Assembly (NCBI GenBank): GCA_023819665.1
Contig: JAMWCP010000001.1
Coordinates: 1 to 45,946 of the forward strand
DNA from: Candidatus Omnitrophota bacterium
GTDB lineage: Bacteria; Omnitrophota; Gorgyraeia; Gygaellales; JAMWCP01
Direction: 5' to 3'
DNA: 45,946 nucleotides
In this document: one piece after another, positions 28,725 through 36,318 of the stretch
Numbering within the stretch: position 1 is the stretch's first letter
How the letters are laid out: each line of letters begins with the position of its first letter
Program-made: the position numbers and the translations under genes
The notes under the pieces: model-generated
What the model was told of the DNA's origin: nothing
Database searches by the model: none
Seen by the model: only the letters and a program-made list of their open reading frames with translations

Positions 28725-29087
28725 ATGACTAATATATCTCTTGGTAAAAAAGGAGAAAATTGGGCTGAAGAGTTTTTGAAAAAACATGGTTATAAAATTA
28801 TAGAGAAAAACTTTTATACTCCTTTTGGGCAGATAGATATTATTGCTTTAGATAATAATATTCTCTGTTTTATTGAGGTAAAGACAAGAAGAAGTGTTTA
28901 TTTTGGATTTCCTGAAGAAGCAGTGAGTTTTACAAAACAGAGAAAGATTATAAAAGTTGCTTCGCTATATTTAAAAGAAAAAAGAATTTTGGATACCAAG
29001 GTACGTTTTGATGTCATTTCTATTGTTTGTAGGGATGACGATTATCGCATAAAGTTAATTCGGAATGCGTTTGGATGGGATAGTTAA
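28725..29087 (+). CDS. yraN: YraN family (UPF0102) endonuclease-like protein
   Basis: It has GE..A..FL...GY.I...N......G.IDIIA......FIEVKTR, the PD-(D/E)xK-like UPF0102 core. The length is 120 aa. Confidence 0.8.
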   Translation: MTNISLGKKGENWAEEFLKKHGYKIIEKNFYTPFGQIDIIALDNNILCFIEVKTRRSVYFGFPEEAVSFTKQRKIIKVASLYLKEKRILDTKVRFDVISIVCRDDDYRIKLIRNAFGWDS

Positions 29088-29088
29088 T

Positions 29089-30753
29089 ATGATAGAACCA
29101 ATCTCTAAAATTGCTCAACGCTTAAATATAAACGAAGAATATCTTATACCTTATGGTAAATATATTGCTAAAGTTAATATCTCTATATTGGAGAAAATAA
29201 AAGATAGACCTAAAGGAAAGTATATTTTGGTTACTGCTATTACTCCTACTCATTTAGGAGAGGGCAAAACGGTAACTACTATCGGATTAGGGATGGCTTT
29301 AAATAGATTAGGAAAGCTTGCCAGTATATGTCTTAGGCAGCCATCTTTAGGACCGGTCTTTGGGATAAAAGGTGGAGCAGCAGGCGGAGGGTTTTCGCGA
29401 GTACTCCCTATGGAAGACCTAAATTTACATTTTACGGGTGATACCCATGCAGTTAGTTTGGCACATAATTTAGCTAGTGCTTTTTTGGATAATCATATTT
29501 ATCATGGTAATAAATTAAATATAAAACCTTCTACTATTAGTTGGCGCAGAGTCATCGATATAAATGATCGATTTTTAAGAAAGATAAAGATCGGACTTGA
29601 TATAGGAAAGAGAAGTGATATTTCTAGAGTTTCTGGTTTCGATATTGTTTCTGCTTCTGAGGTTATGGCAATTTTAGCGTTAAGTTTAGATTTCTTTGAT
29701 CTAAGAAGGAGATTATCTCAAATTGTTTTGGCGGAAGATATCCACGGTTGTCCTATAACCTGTGAAGATATAAAAGTGGCAGGGGCGATGAGTGTGCTTT
29801 TAAAGGATGCTATAAATCCCAATCTTATCCAGACGGTAGAAAATACCCCTTGTTTTGTCCATGGGGGGCCTTTTGCTAATATTGGTCCCGGTAATAGCTC
29901 TATAATTGTTGATAATCTCGCTTTAAGAACTTCCGAATATGTAATAACTGAAGCGGGTTTTGGTGCAGATTGTGGAGCAGAGAAATTTTTTAATATAAAA
30001 TGCCGCATTAGTGGATTAATTCCAGATGCAGCGGTAATCGTATGTTCTATAAGGGCATTAAAGATACACAGTAACAGAATAAAGATATTTCCTGGAAAAT
30101 CGATAGATGAAGGATTAAACAAAGAAAATATCTCTCTTTTGGAAGAGGGCATATGTAATTTAGAAAAGCAGATAGAGAATGTTAGAATATTTGGTATTCC
30201 CGTTGTAGTCGCTATAAATAGATTTTCCTCTGATACCGAAAAAGAGATTAATTTTGTCAAAAAGAAAGCAATAGAATTTGGTGCTTATGCTTGTGCAGTT
30301 AGCGAGGCATGGCAGAAAGGTTCCGAAGGAGGTTTAGAGTTAGCGAGACAAATTATCGAGGCAGCATCTTTATCTAAGAACTTTAACTTTCTTTATCCTT
30401 TAGAAATTCCAATTAAAGAAAAAATTAAAATTATTGCGACGCGTATCTATGGTGCCAAGGATGTTGTGTATTCTCAAATCACTGAAGAAAAAATTGAACT
30501 TTTTACTCAAAGAGGTTGGGATAAATTTCCTATTTGTATGGCAAAGACCCAATTTTCTCTTTCACATGATCCTAACTTAAAAGGCAGACCTCGCGATTTT
30601 ATTTTACCTATAAGAGATATCTGTGTTTCTTGTGGAGCAGAATTTTTATATCCTCTATGTGCAGATATTCAAACTATGCCTGGATTACCCAGACATCCTT
30701 TGGGGGAAAGAATAGATATCGATAAAGAAGGAAAGGTGATAGGACTATCTTAG
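29089..30753 (+). CDS. fhs: formate--tetrahydrofolate ligase
   Basis: It has TPT.LGEGKTVTTIGL, PSLGPVFG.KGGAAGGG, a VHGGPFANI block and EAGFGAD.G.EKF. I prefer the start at ATG 29089 (MIEPISKIA...), directly after the yraN stop, over the ORF-track start at 29065. Confidence 0.95.
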   Translation: MIEPISKIAQRLNINEEYLIPYGKYIAKVNISILEKIKDRPKGKYILVTAITPTHLGEGKTVTTIGLGMALNRLGKLASICLRQPSLGPVFGIKGGAAGGGFSRVLPMEDLNLHFTGDTHAVSLAHNLASAFLDNHIYHGNKLNIKPSTISWRRVIDINDRFLRKIKIGLDIGKRSDISRVSGFDIVSASEVMAILALSLDFFDLRRRLSQIVLAEDIHGCPITCEDIKVAGAMSVLLKDAINPNLIQTVENTPCFVHGGPFANIGPGNSSIIVDNLALRTSEYVITEAGFGADCGAEKFFNIKCRISGLIPDAAVIVCSIRALKIHSNRIKIFPGKSIDEGLNKENISLLEEGICNLEKQIENVRIFGIPVVVAINRFSSDTEKEINFVKKKAIEFGAYACAVSEAWQKGSEGGLELARQIIEAASLSKNFNFLYPLEIPIKEKIKIIATRIYGAKDVVYSQITEEKIELFTQRGWDKFPICMAKTQFSLSHDPNLKGRPRDFILPIRDICVSCGAEFLYPLCADIQTMPGLPRHPLGERIDIDKEGKVIGLS

Positions 30754-30767
30754 ATTTAAAAGGTAAG

Positions 30768-31334
30768 ATGGTGAATTATAAAAATAAAAGTTTAAGATAT
30801 TATCTTGATGATCTATCGCGGAAATTACCTACTCCAGGTGGTGGTTCTGCTTGCGCATTGGTAGCAGGGGTAGGTGTTAGTTTGTTAAGCATGGTAATTA
30901 ATTTTACTTTAGGCAAAGTCGAATATATTAGATATGAGAAGGAATTAAGAGAAAATTTATTAAAGACGGAGTCTCTAAGAAAAAAATTCTTGGAACTGGT
31001 TGATGAGGATGTAAAGGCATATAGAAGTAAAGATGTCTGGTATAGCTTAGAGGTTCCTTTAAAGATAGCTTATCTTTGTTTCTCAGCGATAAAACTATGT
31101 CCAACTCTTTTAAAAAAAGGAAATGTTAATCTTATCAGCGATATCGCTTCGGCAGTGATATTTTTAGAAGCAGGTTTTTCAGGAGCTTATTTTAACGTAG
31201 AGGCGAATTTAAGACTTATTAAGGATAGAAAAGTGAAGACAAAGATAAGACAGGAGATTTTAGGAGAAGCCAGAATTATAAAAAATATAAGAGAGAAGGT
31301 GGAAAGGAAAATTGGCGAGATTATTAGAAGGTAG
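30768..31334 (+). CDS. fchA: cyclodeaminase/cyclohydrolase family protein (methenyl-THF cyclohydrolase FchA-like)
   Basis: It has LPTPGGGSACALVAGVGVSLLSMV, typical of the FtcD C-terminal/FchA family. It sits between fhs and folD. Confidence 0.75.
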   Translation: MVNYKNKSLRYYLDDLSRKLPTPGGGSACALVAGVGVSLLSMVINFTLGKVEYIRYEKELRENLLKTESLRKKFLELVDEDVKAYRSKDVWYSLEVPLKIAYLCFSAIKLCPTLLKKGNVNLISDIASAVIFLEAGFSGAYFNVEANLRLIKDRKVKTKIRQEILGEARIIKNIREKVERKIGEIIRR

Positions 31335-32148
31335 AGTTATAGCGCAAAAAATAAAAGCGGAGCTTAAGAATCAAATTTATAATTTGGACCTAAAACTAGT
31401 TTTAGCCAGTATACAGGTGGGAGAGAATTCTTCTTCAGAAATTTATATAAAATCTCAAAAGAAATTATGTGAAGAGCTAGGGATAGATTATCAATTACAT
31501 AAACTAAAAGAGAATATTTCTGAGTCTGACTTGGTTGAATTTATTAAAAAATTGAATTTAGATAAAGCTGTTCATGGTATAATTATACAGATGCCTTTAC
31601 CTACTCATATAGATTATAGGAATATAAGTCGTTATATTGAACCTAAAAAAGATGTAGAGGGTTTACATCCGGAAAATATGGGAAGGATTATTTTTGGTAA
31701 GGCAAAGGTTTTACCCTGTACTCCTTCAGCGATTATGGAATTGTTAAGGGAAACAGGAGTGGACCTATATGGGAAGGAGGTGGTGGTAATAGGACATTCT
31801 GAAATTGTAGGGAAACCTTTAGCACTTCTGTTACTAGAGAAATTTGCTACGGTGACTGTCTGCCATATTGCTACTTTTCAGAGGGGTAGGTTAGAAGAAC
31901 ATGTTAAACAGGCAGAAATTTTAGTGGTAGCAGTAGGTAAAGCGAATCTTATTAAAGGTAATTGGATTAAAAAAGGCTCAATTGTGATCGATGTAGGGAT
32001 AAACAAGGTGAATGATAAAATTATAGGAGATGTAGAATTTGAAGAGGCAGTTAAACGGGCAAGCTGGATTACTCCTGTGCCGGGAGGAGTGGGTCCTTTG
32101 ACTACTACAATTTTGATACGCAATTTATTAGAGACAAGAAAGATGTAA
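31312..32148 (+). CDS. folD: bifunctional methylene-THF dehydrogenase / methenyl-THF cyclohydrolase
   Basis: It has S..Y...K.K, GIIIQMPLP, DVEGLHP.N.G, CTP..I.ELL, VIGHSEIVGKP, and a PVPGGVGP.T block. It has a TTG start at 31312 and overlaps fchA by 23 nt. Confidence 0.95.
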   Translation: MARLLEGRVIAQKIKAELKNQIYNLDLKLVLASIQVGENSSSEIYIKSQKKLCEELGIDYQLHKLKENISESDLVEFIKKLNLDKAVHGIIIQMPLPTHIDYRNISRYIEPKKDVEGLHPENMGRIIFGKAKVLPCTPSAIMELLRETGVDLYGKEVVVIGHSEIVGKPLALLLLEKFATVTVCHIATFQRGRLEEHVKQAEILVVAVGKANLIKGNWIKKGSIVIDVGINKVNDKIIGDVEFEEAVKRASWITPVPGGVGPLTTTILIRNLLETRKM

Positions 32149-32161
32149 TGACTACTCGTGC

Positions 32162-33031
32162 ATGAATTTTAAGGAGAAAATAAAGAGTGGAAAATTCTTA
32201 GTTACTTCTGAGATTGGTCCTCCAAAAGGAATAGAAACAGCAGGTATTTTAGAGGAAGCAGAATTTATCCGTAATAAAGTAGATGCGATTAATGTGACGG
32301 ATCTTCAGAGTTCAGTGATGCGCTTGGGATCGCTGGCGGTTTGTATTTTGCTTAAACAGAGAGGGTTTGAGCCTATATATCAATTAACCTGTAGAGATAG
32401 AAATAGATTAGCCCTGCAGTCGGATTTGCTTTCAGCAGCAGCATTAGGAATAGAGAATGTTTTGATTTTGACCGGAGATCACCCTACTTTGGGCGATCAT
32501 CCAGAGGCAAAAGCCGTATTTGATCTGGACTCGGTGCAGTTATTACAGATAGCTAAAAAACTCACGGAAGGTTTTGATATGAAAGGGAATAAATTAGAAG
32601 GAAGACCTCCTAAATTTTGTTTAGGAGCAGTAGTTAACCCCGGAGCGGATCCTTTAGAACCCCAGATAATTAAGATGGAAAAGAAGATTGAAGCGGGGGC
32701 AGAATTCTTTCAAACGCAGGCAGTTTATGATATAAAAATTTTTGAGAATTTTTTAAAAAAAATTAAGTACTTAAAAACTACTATTTTAGCCGGTATTGTC
32801 TTATTGAAATCCGCAGCTATGGCCAGATACATGAATAAAAATGTAGCGGGGGTTTCAGTTCCGCATGAGTTAATAAAAGAGATGGAGGAGGCAAAAGAAA
32901 AAACAGAGAAGTCGGTAGAGATTGCTTCTCGATTGATTAAGGAATTAAGAAACATGTGTCAGGGGATTCATATTATGCCTATTGGTTGGAATAGATTGGT
33001 ACCTAAGGTATTAGAAGTAGCGGGATTATAA
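32162..33031 (+). CDS. metF: methylenetetrahydrofolate reductase
   Basis: It has E..PPKG, a NVTD block, LTCRDRNR.ALQS.L, ENVL.LTGD and FFQTQ.VYD. It is the small 289-aa MetF form seen in acetogen-type clusters. Confidence 0.85.
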   Translation: MNFKEKIKSGKFLVTSEIGPPKGIETAGILEEAEFIRNKVDAINVTDLQSSVMRLGSLAVCILLKQRGFEPIYQLTCRDRNRLALQSDLLSAAALGIENVLILTGDHPTLGDHPEAKAVFDLDSVQLLQIAKKLTEGFDMKGNKLEGRPPKFCLGAVVNPGADPLEPQIIKMEKKIEAGAEFFQTQAVYDIKIFENFLKKIKYLKTTILAGIVLLKSAAMARYMNKNVAGVSVPHELIKEMEEAKEKTEKSVEIASRLIKELRNMCQGIHIMPIGWNRLVPKVLEVAGL

Positions 33032-35592
33032 TGATGACGAAATTCTCTGAAATATCAGGTATTAAAAAAAGAGGGGTGGTTTTATTAATAGACGAAACTG
33101 ATTTTAAAAAAATAGAAGGATATGTGATCAATGATACAGTATGTATTCAAGGAGAAAGTGATTCTGTTTTTAAATTAGCTAATTATATCAGAGAAAAATA
33201 TAAAGTTCCTATTAAGATAGTAAGTGATAGAGTCGTGGATAACTTACCGGATGATATTGAGATAGTGAATAGTCCTATTCAGGAGATCATTGGGGAAGGA
33301 TGTGTAGAGGCAGTTAAATTTAAGAACGGTAAAATTGTAGGTGTATGTTTGGTAATACTGATGGATAAGACTTTACAGTTAAATAATTCAGCAGAGACAG
33401 AGAGGGTAATACCCGATCCGTTAATTCGCATGACAAATAAAGGGTTAGATGCTATTTTAAGTTTAACTAGAGATAATTTAATAAAGATGCTTTCCTTTAA
33501 AGGTAAGGATGTTTCTGTTAGTTTTCCTGAGACTAATTATTATTTACCTTTAGTTAACGCTTTGCTGAATCAGGAAATAAAAGATTTATCCGATTGCTTA
33601 GAGGTGTTGGGAGAGATAGAAAAATTGGAAAGATTAAAACCTGCTAATAATGGGCTTTTTGTTGAGACTGCTGATGGAATATTTAATAGAGGCATAGCTA
33701 CGTTGTTTTGCGAAGAATTATTAGCAGGTTTGATGGTCTTAGATAAGAAGCATCCTTTAGGTGGGATGGGTTTTATCCCCGATAAGATTTTGCGTTCTTT
33801 GGGTCTCCAGTTGGTTGACGGCAGGATATCAGGAATTGCCTTAATTTTAGGACCGGCAGAAGACGAGGAGACGGCGGTAAATTTAATAAGAGATTTTCAG
33901 ACAAAGAGTATAGTTTCTCTTCTGGCAGGAAATATTAAAGGTAATACTTTTAGGAAACAATTAGAAAACAGAGGTATAGAATTAGGTTTAGAGAATTATA
34001 TCATTCCTTTAGGAGATGATTATCTTTCTGCCATCTATGCAGTTAATTTTGCAATACGTGCTCCTTTGATATTTGGTGGATTAAAAGCGGGGCAGTGGAA
34101 GGAGATTTTAGAATATTTACGTAACCGTGTACCCGCTTTTATATTGCTTTTAAACTATATTGATGAAATTATCGCTGCTACAGGATTGGGTGCATTAACT
34201 TTTGGTATACCTATAATTACAAATTTAGATCTCCCTAATATAGGGAAATTAGAAACCACTCTTTATGAAGCATTATTGACAGAAAAAAATTATAACAACT
34301 TAGTTTCTAAGTGCATCTTAACGCGGGGCATAAAAACAAGGATAACCCGTATTGATATACCTGTTGCTTATGCCCCTGCCTTTGAGGGGGAAAGGGTAAG
34401 AAGAGAAAATCTCTATGTAGAGTTTGGAGGTAAAAAAAGTATTGCTTTTGAATATCTGATGATGAAGAATTCTGCTGAGGAGATAGAAGATGGCAGGGTG
34501 GAGCTTATAGGTTTAGATATTGATGAGGTAAAATCCCCAGATAAAGCACTTCCTTTAGCAATTATTGTAGAAGTTTATGGTCGTAAAATGCAGAGAGATT
34601 TTGAACCAATTTTAGAGCGCCAGCTCCATCGTTTTATCAACTATGCACAGGGAATAATGCATATTGGCCAGCGTGATATGAATTGGATAAGGATAAGTAA
34701 TGAGGCATTTGCTAAAGGATTTAGGTTAAAACATATTGGAGTAATTCTCCATGCCATGTTTCATCAGGAGTATAGCACTATTGTAGATAAAGTTCAGGTA
34801 AAACTTTATACAGAAAAAAAAGATGTAGAGAGACTGTTGAAAGAAGCAAAAAAGACATATGCTGAGCGTGACGAACGATTAATGGGGATGACAGATGAAA
34901 GTGTAGATACTTTTTATTCTTGTCTATTGTGTCAATCTTTTGCTCCCAATCATGTCTGTATTATTACTCCGGAAAGGTTAGGTCTCTGTGGCGCATATTC
35001 TTGGTTGGATGCTAAGGCTTCCTATGAGATTATGCCGTCAGGTCCAAATCAGCCAATTTTAAAAGGCGAGATAATAGATAACAAATTTGGGCAATGGAAA
35101 AATATAAATGATTTTGTTTATCTTAAATCTAATAAAACTGTAGAGCGGGTAAGTATGTATTCCCTTATGAATAATCCTCAAACTTCTTGTGGTTGTTTTG
35201 AATGTATTGTAGCAATAATTCCTGAAGTAAACGGCGTGATGATTGTAAACAGAGATTATGCAGGTATGACCCCCTGCGGGATGACTTTTACTACTTTAGC
35301 GGGCTCTGTAGGTGGGGGTGTCCAGACGCCAGGATTTTTAGGGATAGGTAGACTTTATATTGTAAGCAAGAAGTTTCTTTCTGCAGAAGGTGGGCTTTTA
35401 AGAGTGGTATGGATGCCTAAAGAGTTAAAGGAATCTCTTTACGATAAATTAAAAATGCGTGCGGAGGAGCTAGGTTATCCTGGTCTTTTGGAAAAAATAG
35501 CGGATGAAACAGTTGCTGTTACTTTAGAAGAATTACTTATTTTTTTGCAAAAAGTAGAGCATCCCGTTTTGAAGATGGAACCCTTAATTTAA
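33031..35592 (+). CDS. acsB: CO-methylating acetyl-CoA synthase subunit (AcsB/CdhC-type, A-cluster) with N-terminal extension
   Basis: It is collinear with my recollection of Moorella AcsB from about aa 125 onward. Matching blocks include NYYLP, PAFEGE, YGRKMQ.DFE, and the A-cluster motifs DTFYSCLLCQSFAPNHVCIITPERLGLCGA and TSCGCFE. The first 110 codons or so (33031-33360) are extra (see findings). Confidence 0.9.
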   Translation: MMTKFSEISGIKKRGVVLLIDETDFKKIEGYVINDTVCIQGESDSVFKLANYIREKYKVPIKIVSDRVVDNLPDDIEIVNSPIQEIIGEGCVEAVKFKNGKIVGVCLVILMDKTLQLNNSAETERVIPDPLIRMTNKGLDAILSLTRDNLIKMLSFKGKDVSVSFPETNYYLPLVNALLNQEIKDLSDCLEVLGEIEKLERLKPANNGLFVETADGIFNRGIATLFCEELLAGLMVLDKKHPLGGMGFIPDKILRSLGLQLVDGRISGIALILGPAEDEETAVNLIRDFQTKSIVSLLAGNIKGNTFRKQLENRGIELGLENYIIPLGDDYLSAIYAVNFAIRAPLIFGGLKAGQWKEILEYLRNRVPAFILLLNYIDEIIAATGLGALTFGIPIITNLDLPNIGKLETTLYEALLTEKNYNNLVSKCILTRGIKTRITRIDIPVAYAPAFEGERVRRENLYVEFGGKKSIAFEYLMMKNSAEEIEDGRVELIGLDIDEVKSPDKALPLAIIVEVYGRKMQRDFEPILERQLHRFINYAQGIMHIGQRDMNWIRISNEAFAKGFRLKHIGVILHAMFHQEYSTIVDKVQVKLYTEKKDVERLLKEAKKTYAERDERLMGMTDESVDTFYSCLLCQSFAPNHVCIITPERLGLCGAYSWLDAKASYEIMPSGPNQPILKGEIIDNKFGQWKNINDFVYLKSNKTVERVSMYSLMNNPQTSCGCFECIVAIIPEVNGVMIVNRDYAGMTPCGMTFTTLAGSVGGGVQTPGFLGIGRLYIVSKKFLSAEGGLLRVVWMPKELKESLYDKLKMRAEELGYPGLLEKIADETVAVTLEELLIFLQKVEHPVLKMEPLI

Positions 35593-35618
35593 AAACCTTT
35601 AAAAGAAAGGAGGTTAAA

Positions 35619-36245
35619 ATGAAAAAGAAGAGGGGTTGGCAGTGTATGATTTTGGTGGTTTTACATGTAATAAGTTTTTCTCTTCCGACATGTTTTGCTC
35701 AACAGCGAGAGGAATCTTTAGTTATTACTACTTATTATCCTAGCCCTCATGGTAGTTATCTTTCTCTGCAATCTTATAGATTGGGGATAGGGGATAATAA
35801 TGGTGATAATCAATTGACCTCTGCAGATATTCCTACAACTAACGGACATGTCTGGATTAGCGGAAGAGTGGGTATTGGAACTACTAATGTGGATAAAGAG
35901 TTAAAAGTTAATGGAACAGTTTATGCTAATTCTTATGAATGTCCTTCTGATGTAAGATTAAAGGAGAATATTGCTGAAGTAAATGGGATTTTGAATAAGC
36001 TTCTAAATATAAATGTCTATAGGTTTCAGTGGAAAAATAGAGTATACGATAATGGTTTTCAGTATGGAGTTTTAGCGCAGGAGGTAAAAGATTATTTTCC
36101 AGAATTAGTAACCCAAGATTCTGCTGGTTACTTGGGTTTAAAAGAAAATCAAATCAATGCTCTTTTACTTCAAGCCGTAAAAGAACAACAGAAGAAGATC
36201 GAAGAATTGGAGGCAAGAATTAAAGCATTGGAAAGATTAAGATAG
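35619..36245 (+). CDS. secreted protein with tail-fibre-type intramolecular chaperone (peptidase S74) domain
   Basis: A strong SD (AAGGAGG) sits 6-7 nt upstream. It has a Sec signal peptide (ILVVLHVISFSLPTCFA|QQ) and a short Gly/Thr-rich segment (GRVGIGTTN...LKVNG). Then comes SDVRLKENI...VYRFQWK...GVLAQEV...P.LV...YLGL.....NALLLQAVKEQQKKIEELE, the S-D-x-R-x-K autocleavage site and fold I recognise from endosialidase/tail-spike chaperone domains. Confidence 0.75.
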   Translation: MKKKRGWQCMILVVLHVISFSLPTCFAQQREESLVITTYYPSPHGSYLSLQSYRLGIGDNNGDNQLTSADIPTTNGHVWISGRVGIGTTNVDKELKVNGTVYANSYECPSDVRLKENIAEVNGILNKLLNINVYRFQWKNRVYDNGFQYGVLAQEVKDYFPELVTQDSAGYLGLKENQINALLLQAVKEQQKKIEELEARIKALERLR

Positions 36246-36318
36246 ACTTATTAACTCAAAAATAATTTGTATCAAAAATAGGCATATATTATATTTAACA
36301 ATTTTATCTGTTAAATAG

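Noticed and set aside
29718-30260. A 180-aa minus-strand ORF antisense to fhs. Similar antisense ORFs occur at 20743-21240, 20559-20903, 14827-15183, 4021-4377, 10454-10741 and 31878-32123, and there are small ones inside rho.
   Set aside because: Each lies wholly inside a strongly conserved + strand gene. They have low-complexity, Ser/Ile/Phe/Leu-rich translations typical of the antisense frame of AT-rich coding DNA. They have no SD and no recognisable motifs.
35619-36245. A prophage or tailocin remnant, suggested by the tail-fibre chaperone domain.
   Set aside because: There are no capsid, tail, baseplate, lysis, integrase or att-like repeat features anywhere in the window. The flanking genes are acsB and polA with tight spacing.
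36267-36295. A promoter-like element before polA: TTGTAT (36267-36272), a 17-nt spacer and TATATT (36290-36295).
   Set aside because: The hexamers are weak and sit in almost pure A/T sequence, where such matches arise by chance. No independent support exists.
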